Below, one piece after another: positions 11,619-24,189 of a stretch of DNA of 64,000 nt (its first letter is position 1; each line of letters begins with the position of its first letter). The stretch comes from Chiloscyllium plagiosum (lineage: Eukaryota): assembly GCF_004010195.1 (NCBI RefSeq), contig NC_057731.1, positions 1,080,292 through 1,144,291 of the forward strand, in the 5' to 3' direction. Made by a program: the position numbers and the translations under genes. The notes beneath the pieces were generated by a model, which was not told the DNA's origin, ran no database searches, and was given only the letters and a program-made list of their open reading frames with translations.

Positions 11619-12638
11619 TAGAGTGGTGCTGGAAAAGCACAGCAGGTCAGGCAGCATCCGAGGAGCAGGACAATTGATGTTTTGGGCAAAAGCCCTTCAT
11701 CAGGAATAGAGGCAGGGTGGCTGCAGAGTGGAAAGATAAATGAGAGGGGGAGTGGGGGTGTGGAGAAAGTAGCATAGAGTACAATAGGTGAATGGGGGTG
11801 GGGATGGAGGTGATAGGTCAGAGAGGAGGGTGGAGTGGAGAGGTGGAAAGGAAGGAAGGTAGGACAGGTCATGAGGGTGGTGCTGAGCTGGAAGGTTGGA
11901 GCTGGAATGAGGTGGGGGAAGGGGAATTAAGGAAACTGGTGAAATCCACATTGATGCCATGGGGTTGAACAAGGACAGAACCCCCCTGGTGCTCACCTTC
12001 CACCCTACCAACCTTCGCATAAACCACATCATCCGACGACATTTCCGCCACCTCCAAACGGACCCCACCACCAGGGATATATTTGCCTCCCCACCCCTTT
12101 CCGCCTTCCACACAGACTGTTCCTTCCGTGACTACCTGGTCAGGTCCACGCCCCCCAAACAACCCACCCTCCCATTCTGGCACCTTCCCCTGCCACTGCA
12201 GGNNNNNNNNNNNNNNNNNNNNNNNNNNNNNNNNNNNNNNNNNNNNNNNNNNNNNNNNNNNNNNNNNNNNNNNNNNNNNNNNNNNNNNNNNNNNNNNNNN
12301 NNNNNNNNNNNNNNNNNNNNNNNNNNNNNNNNNCCGCCTCAGAACACTTCAACCCCAGGGCACCAATGTGGATTTCACCAGCTTCCTCATTTCCCCTTCA
12401 TCCCCCCCACCACCACTGTTCCACACTTCCAGCTCAGCACCATCCCCGTGACCTGTCTTACCTGCCTACCTTCCTTTCCACCTATCACCTTCATCCCCAC
12501 CCTCCTTCATCTATTGTACTCTTTGCTACCTTCTCTCCAGCACCCCCCTCCATTTATCTCTCCACCCTGAAGGCTCCCTGGCTCTATTCCTGATGAAGCG
12601 CTTTTGCCCAAAACGTCAATTGTCCTGCTCCTCGGATG
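11619..12638. mobile_element. Penelope-like element with inverted 5' copy of its 3' end (minus arm ~11619-11966, plus body ~11967-12638)
   Basis: KDRTPLVLTFHPTNLRINHIIRRHFRHLQTDPTT (PLE RT-EN linker); hammerhead-like pLTR at both ends in opposite orientation. Confidence 0.82.
12203..12333. other. Assembly gap (131 N) inside a Penelope-like element
   Basis: Run of N. Confidence 1.
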
Positions 12639-13912
12639 AATCTCCTCCTTCGACAGCATCTTCCAAACCCACAACCGCTAGCATCTAGAAAGATAAGGAC
12701 AGCAGGCATGTGGAAACACCAGTTGCAAATTCCCCTCCAAACTACTCATCACTTTGGAAATATATTGCCAGTCTTTCCCTGTCACTGGGTTAAAATCCAG
12801 GAATGTCTTTCCTAACCGCGCTCACTACCTTCTCAAGGGTAACTAGGGATGGAAATGAATGCTGGCCCAGCCAATGACACCCACAATGCATGAAAGGATT
12901 TTTTTTTAAATCAGCAATTGAATCTCCCAAAAGCTGCATGGTCACAATGTGTTGTGACCTTCTTTCTGAACTGAATTGTTGACCAATGAACAATCTACCT
13001 TTTCTGGTTTTGAAAGGAGTTCAATACTTACATGCACGAATATCTTTCAGGTTCTGTTTCTGCATCTCTCAAGGCTAGAAGTGGGCAGTTTCATCATTAT
13101 GGCATATAAACATACCTTGCATGACCTGTAAGCAATGAGACCAGGAGTGGGTCGTTTGGACCCTCAAGCCTGTTTTGCCATTCAATATGAAATATTCCTT
13201 GTGTCCATTTTCCTGCGTTTTCCCCCTAACCCTTTGTTCCCTCGTGGAGCAAGATGCTTTCTATTTCAGCCTTAAATATTCATATGGGCTCTGCCCCCAC
13301 AGCTTTCTGTGGCGAGGCGTTCCAAAGATCGCTGGAGAAGAAATTCATCCTCGTCTCAGCATTAAAGTGGCTCTCCTTTATTTGTGAGACTATGCCCTCT
13401 GGTCCTAGACTCTCCCCTGTGGGGAATCATCCTCTCAGCATTTACCCTATCAAGCCTCTTGGAATCCTCTAGATTACATCTCATTCTTCGACAATTCCAG
13501 AATTCACAACCTGGAAACAGGCCATCAGCCCAACTAGTGCATTTGCATCATTTCAACCACTTTTCTCCCTACTCCACCTCAATGATACAATATTGTTCCT
13601 TCCTTCCTTCCTCCTGTACTTAACAGTGCCAGCATAAATTAAAGCTATGGTTAAAGTTCAGTTATAAAAGTTGCAGAGCAAATTGTCACTGTGCTACACC
13701 CGCAAAATTCCATGGAAGATGGTTGAATAGTTGATGTCTATCGTGAGATTTTATAAGCTAACTATTCTAACTCAAAACTTAGTTTTAAGGTTAGAATGAA
13801 TTGATGTTTTGAGTTTATTTGTAATTTCATTTGTTTACGCTTGGCTTCAATTAACTGGGTGTTTGCCAGGTGAGGAGGAAACATGTCTGAGAATGCTTCA
13901 CAGTAAAGTATG

Positions 13913-14502
13913 GGTTCAGCACAGTGGTTCAGTGGTTTGCACTGCTGCCTCACAGAACTAGGGATCTGGTTCAGTTTCCCTCTTGGGCAACTGTCTGTGT
14001 GGAGTTTCCACATTCTTCCTGTGTCTGTTTTAGTTTCCTCTGGGTGCTCTGGTTTCCTCCCAGAGTGTCCAATCCTTTAATAATCTTATGTCTCAATCAG
14101 GTCCCCTCTCAGTCTTCTAAACTCAAGGGTATACAAGCCCAGTCGCTCCAGTCTTTCAGCGTATGGTAGTCCCGCCATTCCAGGAACTGACCTCATGAAC
14201 CTACGCTGCACTCCCTCAATAGCCAGAATGCCTACGCTGCACTCCCTCAATAGCCAGAATGTCTTTCCTCAAATTTGGAAACCAGAACTGCACACGATAC
14301 TCCAGGTGTGGTCTCACCAGGGCCCTGTACAGCTGCAGAAGAACCTCTTTGCTTCTGCATAATGTCTAGGGGTGTTCAGGCTATGTAGATTAGCCAGGGA
14401 TAGGGGAATGGGTCTGGGTGAGCTGCTCTTTGTGAAGGGTTGGTGTGGACTTTATGGGCTGAATAGCCTGCTCTCACACTGTAAGAATTCTGTTGATTCT
14501 AT
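13913..14502 (+). mobile_element. HE1/V-SINE-like SINE interrupted by a CR1 fragment (~14065-14356)
   Basis: SINE head to ggtttcctccc, then CR1 minus-strand piece, then SINE tail. Confidence 0.7.
14200..14261 (+). repeat. Perfect 31-bp tandem duplication
   Basis: CCTACGCTGCACTCCCTCAATAGCCAGAATG x2. Confidence 0.9.
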
Positions 14503-14824
14503 GAATAGACAGCAAGCTGAAGGAAAGGAATTGGAGAAGCATGCCCTTGAATAAATAGGTTTTAATAAAACTTACACATGGGTAGCGGCAAAGCAAGGGG
14601 AAATAATTTCAAGAGGAAGTTCTGGTCATCAGTAGAGGAACACAAGGTGGGCAGATGTAATGAGGCCATTGTTAGGGAGTAAGCTGATTGATATGCTACT
14701 GAAGTCCACACCAAAAAATCTAAAGTAGACATTTTTAAAAGTGTTTGCATTTTAAAGGTTGTGGACAGCTTTGTTTGTTTTAGATTATAGTTTGAAGCAG
14801 GGAGGGTGCTGTGCATGTGGTACA

Positions 14825-15950
14825 GTGCAGAATGACTATCAGAGTTTAAAGAGGCCCTTTAGCCCATCTTATCTGTGCCAGTCATCAAGTACCTACCTAC
14901 TCTAATCCCATGTTCCTGCGCCTGTCCCTTGGTCTTTTTTGCTATAGTGTTTCAAGTACTGTACTCATGTAAATACTTCTTAAATGTTGAGGTGTGAATT
15001 CTACCACCTTTGCAAGCAGTGAGTTCCAAACAACCATTACCCTCTCTGAAAAACATTTTCCTCAAATCTTCATGCTGCTTCCTATGGCTTTTGACTATTG
15101 ACCTGTTAAATAAGAGAAAAGGTTTCTTCCTGTATACCCTACCTTTCCCTTCAATTTTGCATACTTCACTCTAGTTCCCTCATCAGTCTTTTCTGCTCTA
15201 AGGAAAATAACCCCAGCCTTTGTAGTTGAAACACTCCAGCCCATGCAACCCTCTTTAATGCAGTCATGTCCTTTTTATGCTGTGCTGGCCAGAACAGCAC
15301 AGAGTACGTCAGCTGTGGCCTAGCCAAATTTTTATACTGCTTCATCATAACCTCCCTGCTTTACATTCAGTACCTCAAGCTAATAAAGACGAGTATCTCA
15401 TATGCTGCTTTAACCAGCTTATCCAACTGCCAGTTGCCTTCAGGATCTATCGGCATGCGATCCCTCTGATGCTCTGTACTACCTAGGGTCCTACTATTCA
15501 TTGTGTATTCCCTTGTCTTGTTATTTCTCTCAAATTTGCTGTTGTACAACAGACCAACCTGTTCATATCGTCCCTAGTTTTTAAGACTTTCCTCCGTGCC
15601 ATCAATTTTTGTGACATTTGTAAATTTCCTGATCACACCTCCAGTATTAATGTCTAGATCATCTTTGTACTCTACAAACAGCAAGAGACCTAGTGCCAAA
15701 CCCTGTGGTATGCCACGAGGCACAGACTTGCAGTCACCAAAAAAAACCCTTCAACCATTACCCTCTGCCTTGAATTTATCAAATTGTACTGGATCCTTGC
15801 AGATCCTGACTTTTGCGACCATTCTCCCCTGTAAATTCATGCCAAAAGCCTTGAAGTCCAGGCAGACTACATCAGCTGCACTAGCCTCATCTATACACCT
15901 TGTTACCACTATGAAAAATTCAATTAAATTGATTCGACATGATCTCCCCC
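14825..15950 (-). mobile_element. Decayed CR1 LINE 3' region
   Basis: ORF2 remnants YKNLARPQL, LGLFSLEQKRL, VTRCIDEASAADVVCLDFKAF. Confidence 0.75.
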
Positions 15951-16720
15951 AGCTGTTTGGCATGTGCCTCATCCAGAATGGGTGCTAGGTTTATGACAAC
16001 CATTATTAGATTGTAAAGTCCACCATATAACAAAGTAGAACACGTAACAGTGGCAGATGTATACTTAAATATAATTAACACTTTCTGAGGCATGTTCAAT
16101 GTTGTATTTAATATATAGAAAGCTTCTTTTCGGTGACTGCTGCATAACCTGGGATATGACTCACCTCTATCACTGTCTGGCTTCAGTCTTTTTCTTCAGT
16201 GATGCGAGCATAGAATCGAAGCTGTGGGAATGTACGATTCCAATTTAGACACAGTCTTAAACCACAGTAGGAAATAAAAGGCCCCATAGATCATAGGTGC
16301 AGAAAATTCTGAATACTGTACTATCTCTTCCCCAGAATTACCATGAAATACAAATCTTGGTTGATATCAAAAACTGTTTGGATTGCTGTTTGCAAATTGG
16401 CTGCCAGCTTTCTTCTGTTTTAACATTTCATAACGTATTGCTGGAAAAAATGCACATTTTGTTGAGATTAGTTGTACCCAACCAATTTGCACTTCCAAAT
16501 TAATAAGGGTCCAGCATTAAATGTGATTATATGATTGGACAGCATTTACTAATATTCTGTAAAAAAAAACACTGACATCTAGTCAGGTGCTCATGATATG
16601 TACTGGAACCTATGTTTATTAATACATAAGGTTAGTTCCTAGAACATCTACAGTATGGAAGCAGGCCATTCAGCCAATAAAGTCCGCAGTGACCCAATGA
16701 AGAACATCTCACATTTATAT

Positions 16721-17026
16721 TAGGTTAGATTAGATTACAGTGTGGAAACAGGCCCTTCGGCCCAACAAGTCCACACCGACCCGCCGAAGCGAAACCCACC
16801 CATACCCCTACATTTACCCCTTACCTAACACTACGGGCAATTTAGCATGGCCAATTCACCTAACCTGCACATCTTTGGACTGTGGGAGGAAACCGGAGCA
16901 CCCGGAGGAAACCCACGCAGACACGGGGAGAACGTGCAAACTCCACACAGTCAGTCGCCTGAGTCGGGAATTGAACCCGGGTCTCTGGCGCTGCGAGGCA
17001 GCAGTGCTAACCACCGGGCCGCCCAC
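16721..17026 (-). mobile_element. Young HE1/V-SINE-like SINE nested in an older copy (~16640-17240)
   Basis: CpG-rich; near-identical to the 22844 and 55944 copies; (TAGAT)n tail on plus strand. Confidence 0.9.
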
Positions 17027-17249
17027 TAAGACTGGCTTCAGTCTTTTCTCCTGGCTCATCTAACCTGCACATCATGGGCAATTTAGCAAGGCCAGCCCAC
17101 CTAATTTGCATCCTCTATGGGAGGAAACCGACACACACACAGAATATGCAAACTGCCTATAGACAGTCACCCAAAGGTAGAATCGAACCCAGGTCCCTGG
17201 TGCTGTGAGGCAGCAGTACTAAGTAGTGATCCATCGTGCTGCTTTTACA

Positions 17250-17480
17250 GGCAAAGGGAGGTGTCTGCCTGCCTAAGCACAGGGGGCGGACGCAGTACGG
17301 GGGCTCTGCTGACCCCCCCAGCTAAATATGTGGATAGTAGTCGTACAGACCTATATAAAAGAATGATTACTCTGTCTCTGTATGCAAAGAAATGGAATGC
17401 TTACGTATGTATGGCATGACCAATTGTACAGATCATCAAAATATTTAATGAATAAAGTGTATTTTTGAAATAACAAAAAA
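17250..17480 (+). mobile_element. Probable L1/Tx1-type LINE 3' end
   Basis: Ends in aataaagtgtatttttgaaataacaaaaaa (polyA signal plus A tail). Confidence 0.4.
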
Positions 17481-19011
17481 GAGATTGTGCACTCACTATG
17501 TTTGTTTCCTATTAACAAAATAGGTGACTACCGTTCTCTAGTAGGTTCTCAAACAAATGGAATCAATTTGGAGTCTACTCACCTGGTTTAAAATCTAAAC
17601 AAAGCCTGGCAGTTAACAGTCCGTCATTGACTTGTGCATTCTCCGTGTCAATTCCTGTACCAGTCAGTGTGCTTACTAACCACTCAGCATTACTCTCCCA
17701 ATAAATGTTTTTCCTTTACTTTGGTATTTCTTGCAAATTGCACTGATATATTCAAGATGAAAAGCTTTGACCAGATATGTCCTTTCAACAATTTCAAATT
17801 CTGTATCACCAAATGACTTGTTCAAATAGTACTTAATTATTGGACAGTTTGGAACATCCTTAGCTTATGAAAGTCACTTTATAAATGCAATTTTTAGTAC
17901 TTGTAATTGAGTAGCAGTTTCTGTAATATTCAACAGAAAATTTATATGTAGAAACAGAATATTCATCAAATATTCAATCACAATACTGCAGCCTGATTGT
18001 TTTAAAATTGTAACTATTTTTTATTATGAACTTATTTACTATGACTGTTTAATATTTTACATAAGGGATAAACCATTTAGGACCAAGAGGAGAAGAAATT
18101 TCTTCACTGAAGCTGGTGAATCTTTGAAATTGTCTACACTGAGTCACTGACATTTTTCAAACCAGAGATTGATAGATTCTAGTTACGAGATACATTGAGA
18201 TTGGAGATACAAGAAGGTGGCATTGAAGGAGATCATCAGCCATGATTGAATAGCAGAGCAGGCTCCATGGCCAACTCCTGCTCATATTAAATATGCTTCA
18301 CTTGCAGTAAATGCTAACACATTGGTTAGGAAGGTCTGATCATTATCAATGCGAATCTTATTAACTTGCTTTCTATGCTCACAACAGTGAATTTTATTGG
18401 ATCCAACAAACTAATCAACATGATGGGCTGTCATTAGCTTTCTGTTGAACAGGTTGAAGTTTTGGATGGAGTTACAATTGCTGTGTAATTTACCAGATCA
18501 TCCAATATTTCTCATTAGTCATCTGCCAGGCAGAATGATTGTTTTGACCTATTATGTGTATATGCTGAGTGTGTGTTACTTTTGAGTTTTTGCATGATCT
18601 ATTTTCTCCTCAAATAACCACACAATGAGAAGCTCTCTGTCCAATTGTAACGTCTGCTGAGTGACAGTGCCCAATTTGTGCATTTGTGGCTAAAGCATAT
18701 ACTAAATTAAGTATTTTTGTGGTTAAAGTTGCACCTTAAAATGAGATTCCAGTAGATGACCCAGTTGGTAGCACACCAGGATGGGGAGCCAGATGAACAG
18801 CCCCTCTTTCCCCCCCCCCCAGTGTTTCCTTCAAAAACCTACTCAGAAATGAGACGTTTAGCTTGGTAACTCCAAACCACAAACCGTCAGCTCGTTGATG
18901 ATATTACTTGATCCTGCTTGGCATAAGATTGGGATGGCCAGTTGATTATTTTCTCATAAAAACTAACTTTTGTTAAGTGTAGTTTTACAGTGTTTGTTCT
19001 TTAAATTTCAG

Positions 19012-19149
19012 CCAGCTTATCTGGAGGATATGAGGTAAATGCTGCTTCCGAGGAAATTGTTCCAAATGGGGTTCGTTCTTGGGAAAGTGATGACGATGAC
19101 AAAACATCCCATGCAAGCTCAAGTGACTGGACTCCACGTACCCGGATAG
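19012..19149 (+). CDS. SIRT1: Sirtuin 1 exon 2 (138 nt, phase 1/1)
   Basis: tttcag acceptor, GT donor at 19150. Translates ...EEIVPNGVRSWESDDDDKTSHASSSDWTPRTRIG, like human DEIITNGFHSCESDEEDRASHASSSDWTPRPRIG. Confidence 0.9.
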
Positions 19150-19549
19150 GTACAGGTTAATATGTAATTAATGGATTATTTTACTTAGCGAAGAGCTGGA
19201 AGCTCAAATGCATAATTCATGCACAAGTTACTTTTCATCTCTATATAGTATGATTTTATTGGCACTAGGTGTGCTCAGTAGAGTGCAATTCATTTTCTTG
19301 CTGTTGACTCCTATTCTCTCCTACCTCACCTCTTTCTGTTGTCAAGCGCTCTAATATTTTCTTCTGAAACTCCCTGTTTTACAGCGTGCAGCTTAGCATA
19401 GTGAAACTGTTTGATTTTAGTGTTTCAAGCTTTGTTTTTAAAATAGTGTATCTTAAAAACTGATGGTGTCAACTGGAGTATATGTCTGACTGTAGTCATG
19501 TTCCTCTTCATCAGTGAATATATCTTGCAGCATCCAGTTAAATACATGA

Positions 19550-20040
19550 TGAGGAGGTGCCGATGTTGGACTGGGGTGGACAAAGTTAAAAACCCCACAA
19601 CTTCAGGTTATAGTCCAACAGGTTTATTTGGAAGTACAAGTTTTCAGAGCACTGCTCTTTTTTCAGGAAGCTAGTGGGGCCAGGATCATAAGACACAGAA
19701 CTTATAGCATACGATCATAGTGTCATGCAACTGATACAATATATTGAACAAACCTGTTAAGTCTTTCATCTTTTAGAATGGATTGCAGGTTTCGATTCAT
19801 TAATATGTAAATCCCAGAACTTCTTTCAAGTCACATTCCTGAGATAACTAAAGGTTTTATATAAAAGAAAGTTACATGTCAGCTCAGGCAATGCATTAAA
19901 GGTGTGAAATTAGAGTCTGTCTGGATTCCAATCTTGCGTCAGACTGGTTCTATTTCCAAAGTAGGAATTTATAAAATGGTACATGGATTGACAGCCTTCA
20001 GATTATATGCTTTTGAGCAAACTAGCATATCTGTAAATAC
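19550..20040 (-). mobile_element. Penelope-like element 3' fragment of a different family
   Basis: Terminal tail plus degenerate hammerhead on minus strand (CCTGAAAAAAGAGCAGTGCTCTGAAAACT, ~19638-19666). Confidence 0.55.
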
Positions 20041-22135
20041 AGGCGTGTAGCCTGGGCATATTTCCCACTGTACCACCATCATCAAACTTAGGGAAACAAC
20101 GCTGGTTCAGTGAGGAATCCTGGCAGGCATGCCAAGCAGCACCAAGCAGATGTAAAAATGAAGTGGTCAACCTGGTGAAGCTACAAAGCAGAACTGCTTG
20201 CATGCCAAATTGCAGAATCTACATGCCTAGATAGAACTAAACAATCCAAACCACTCACCATTCCGGCTTGGAAATATATTGCCATTTCTTTCACTGTCAT
20301 TGGGTCAAAATTCTGGAACTCCCTCCCTAATGGCATTGTGGGTCTCCCTACAGCACATGGACTGCAACAATTCAAGAAGGCAGCTCAACGCCACTTTCTT
20401 AAGGCCAATAAGGAATGGGCAGTAAATGCTGGCTCAGTCAGCAATGACCACAATTTTGTTTAAACAATTTGAACTGAACAAGACCATTTACAAACTTCAC
20501 CTTAATTGAGCTTCCAATCCCTTTTCATTCTCTTTCAAATTTTGCATCCATCACCCATTCTTGCTTGCTAATCTGCACTGCCTCCTGGTCTGGCAGTTGT
20601 GCCGTTTGGACATTCTCATCCTTGTATTCAAATAGCTCCATGTCCTTGGACCTTAATCACTTCCAGTCACGCAATCCTCTGAGTTCTATCTATTTCTCCA
20701 ATCTCTTGCACCAGTTTTAATCTTTTCATCATTGATAGCCATGTTTTAGTTGCTGTGCTCTGACATTTCGAAATTCTCTTTTTCTATCTGCCTGTCATGG
20801 ACACCTGTCCTCTTAACCATTTATTTGGTTTACTGTCAAATTTAGTCTGACCCATGCTTCCACGAAGTACCTTGGGACAATTTGCTGTTAAAGGAACTAT
20901 ATCAAGACAGGTGAGCATTATTGAACAGTGAAGAAAAATGCATCCTCTACTTTAATTTTGTTGTCTTTTCTTATCTCTCGTGAATTTGTTTTTTTATACA
21001 GGCGTGTCAAGAACATACAAAGTAGGAATTGAAGTGGACCATTCACCCTTCAATTCTGCTTTATCTTTCAATAGGATGATCTTGTACCTCAACTCCACCT
21101 ACCAGCCTATCCTTTTATTCCTTTAGTATTCAAAATCTATCAACCACTATCTTGAATATGCTGGCTGGCTGACTGAGCACCCACCTTTTGGACTAGAGCA
21201 TTCCAGAGAGTCCTTGAAGTAAATAAATTCCTTCTTGTCCTAGTCCTGAGTGGTCAATGCCTTCCAGTGAGACTGACTGAATTCCAGAAACAAAAACGTA
21301 AGTTACTGGAAAAGCTCAGCAGGTCTGGCAGCATCTGTGAAGAGAAGTCAGAATTAATGTTCCTCAGAAGGTTAGGAGAAGTTTTGATAGAGGTTTTCAA
21401 ATCCAAGGGCTGTTGGTACAGGGTAAACTACTTCTGTTGATGGAAGAATCCAAAACCAGAACACCACAATGTAAGCTGATTGTCAACAGAAGCCAAAGCC
21501 ACAAAAGCGTTTTATGTGGTGACTGGTTAGGATCTGGAATGTAGCATAAGCCTCAGAGTGTAGCATAAGCTAATTTTGTCATGTGGTTTAAAATAGAATT
21601 GGGTAATTATCTGACAGTGAAAGGGCTATGGGGAAAGGCTGTGGACCAGGACTAGATGAGCTGCTCTTGCAGCAAGCCATCATGGGCACCACCTGTGCAG
21701 TAACTATTTGATTCCATGATCCTTTTGCAATAAAAGCTGGCACACCACTTAGTTTTCTCCTTGCTTGTTATAACTGCATGTTCACTGTTTGATTTATATA
21801 CACACACTCCATTCCCTGTGCATAATGTTTCTCAGTCGTCCTCCATTTTAGATCCTTCATGATTTTCAATTTCACAAGCTGTCAGAATCTGCTCAAATCA
21901 TCACATTGATCCATGACCTTTAATGGTGAGAGTGATGAACCTAAGTGCAGACGCCTAAGGGAACACTCGTTTCACATGACATTCACTGGTATGTGCTTCC
22001 ACAGCTGGTGGGGATCAGGTGGAAGGATTTGTGGCCCCCAGATGATATGAGAAAACTTAGACACTATTTGGATTACCTTTCAAGAATTTTTTATTTTTGA
22101 AATGCCTGACTTTTCCCTTTCCCCTTTCTGACTAG

Positions 22136-22377
22136 GTCCTTACAGTTTTGTCCAGCAGCATCTCATGCTGGGTACCGATCCACGTTCCATCCTGAAGGAT
22201 CTGTTGCGAGGGAGCAGTCCTCCACCTGATCTCGATGACATGACACTGTGGCAGATTGTTCTGAACATTTTGTCAGAGCCACCAAAACGGAAGAAGCGCA
22301 AAGATATTAACACCCTCGAGGATGTGGTGAGGATCTTGAAAGAGAGCAAAAAAATCATGGTCCTTACTGGAGCTGGG
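22136..22377 (+). CDS. SIRT1: Sirtuin 1 exon 3 (242 nt; STAC-binding domain, NLS, start of catalytic domain)
   Basis: Polypyrimidine-ctag acceptor, gtaagt donor. PYSFVQQHLMLGTDPRSILKDLL...MTLWQIVLNILSEPPKRKKRKDINT...VLTGAG. Confidence 0.97.
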
Positions 22378-22843
22378 GTAAGTATTAAGGAAAAGTGTTG
22401 AATAACTAAAATATCACAATTTTACAATCCTCTTACCTGTTGTAAATGTAATGAGTAGCACCTGCAGGCTATTATCAAATTGAAATTGTCTTTCACAACT
22501 AAGATCTTTGTCATTTTAGAAGAGTTCATTTTTAATTACCATATTTTAGTAGTGTGAATTATAGTAGTTTTTATCAAGCTTACCTTTTTGACCTGTTTGC
22601 AATTGTGTAAATATATTTCCTGTTTGGGAGAATGCATTGGTTTTTCTTGGTTCTCAGTTTGAAGTCATAGAGGTCTGCCAAATGGAAACAGGCCTTTCAG
22701 CCCAACTTATCCAACCTGCCCAGTTTTCGTGTTTAAGCTAGTCCCATTTGCCTGTGTTTGGTCCATATCCTTCCATATCTATCCCTTCCATGTATCTGTC
22801 TAATTGTTTCTGAAATTACAAAATTGTACTCACTTCTACCGGA

Positions 22844-23160
22844 TGGGCGGCACGGTGGCACAGTGGTTAGCACTGCTGCCTCACAGCGCCAGAGACCCGG
22901 GTTCATTTCCCGCCTCAGGTGACTGACTGTGTGGAGTTTGCACATTCTCCCCGTGTCTGCGTGGGTTTCCTCCGGGTGCTCCAGTTTCCTCCCACAATCA
23001 CAAAGATGTGCAGGGTCAGGTGAATTGGCCATACTAAATTGCCCGTAGTGTTAGGTAAGGGGTAAATGTAGGGGTATGGGTGGGTTTCGCTTCGGCGGGT
23101 CGGTGTGGACTTGTTGGGCCGAAGGGCCTGTTTCCATACTGTAATGTAATGTAATTTAAT
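22844..23160 (+). mobile_element. Young HE1/V-SINE-like SINE inserted in a CR1 tail (SIRT1 intron 3)
   Basis: GGGCGGCACGGTGG head, A/B boxes, (TGTAA)n tail, short TCTACC duplication. Confidence 0.9.
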
Positions 23161-24036
23161 CTACCACTATCTTTGGCAGCTCATTCCAGACACACTCTAC
23201 CCTTTGTGTGGAAAAAAATTGCCCCTCTGGATCCTTTTGTATCTCTCTTCTCTCACCTTGAACCTATGCCCTCTAGTTTTAGACTCCCCCACCATGGCGA
23301 AAAGCTGTTCATAATTTACCTTATCTGTGCCTCTCGTGTTCCCTTCTCTGTGTAAAATTATTGCTAATCAGCCTGAGCTTATCTCTAGTGTAACACAAAC
23401 AAAGTGCTGGAACAATTCAATGACTCTGGCAACATCTGTGGAGAGAGAACCGGCGTTCATGCTTTGATTATTTCAGATTTCCAGCAACTTGCTTTTCCCT
23501 TCATTCCTAATGGTTGGCCCATGTGGCTCATATGTGGTCAGAAGAGCTCCTGTTACAGTGTGAAAAACTGGTACAGTTTGATGCTGTTGGTTCCTTACGT
23601 TTGAACTGAATCTTTGCTAGAAACATGCTAGCGATACTGCTGTGCATCACATTTTCTAACTGGAGCATGAAATTACGTGACAGGAGCAACGAGGAAGAAA
23701 TATACACATGTCCAAACGTTGTGGCACATTAATGTGCCAGGTGTGGGAAAATAATGAAAAATTGAGTAGGAGTAAGGCCTTTGATCTTTTAGTAAGTTTG
23801 TATTTTGTTTGCAGTGATCTTAAAAGTGTCAGTATTTCATCAGTCTCTTAGTGCCGTTGCATTGTTCAGCAGTTTAGCTCAGCAGTCCCTATGTATAAGA
23901 TTCATGTTTAACCATTGTATTGGCAAAGAAGATTGAATTATTAAATCTTTTAAGTAGAAGTAATAGTTGGAAAACGAACTAAGTTAAATATGCTCTCTGT
24001 CTTTGAGTTGATTGATATATTTTTGGGTTTTTCTAG

Positions 24037-24189
24037 GTCTCTGTTTCATGTGGAATACCAGACTTCAGATCAAGAGATGGCATCTACGCCAGATTAGCAA
24101 TAGATTTCCCAGACCTTCCAGATCCTCATGCCATGTTTGATATTGAATATTTTAGAAAAGACCCCCGGCCATTTTTTAAGTTTGCAAAG
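24037..24189 (+). CDS. SIRT1: Sirtuin 1 exon 4 (153 nt)
   Basis: ttctag / gtaaat. VSVSCGIPDFRSRDGIYARLAIDFPDLPDPHAMFDIEYFRKDPRPFFKFAK (NAD+-binding GIPDFRS). Confidence 0.97.

Noticed and set aside
16740-17063. Recurrent ORFs such as [22 protein letters not shown] and AEKCVAGKAQQVRQHPRSRR
   Set aside because: Translations of SINE and pLTR copies, not genes.
22844-22915. tRNA gene
   Set aside because: A/B boxes belong to a SINE head that continues into the SINE core and LINE-derived tail; no complete cloverleaf.
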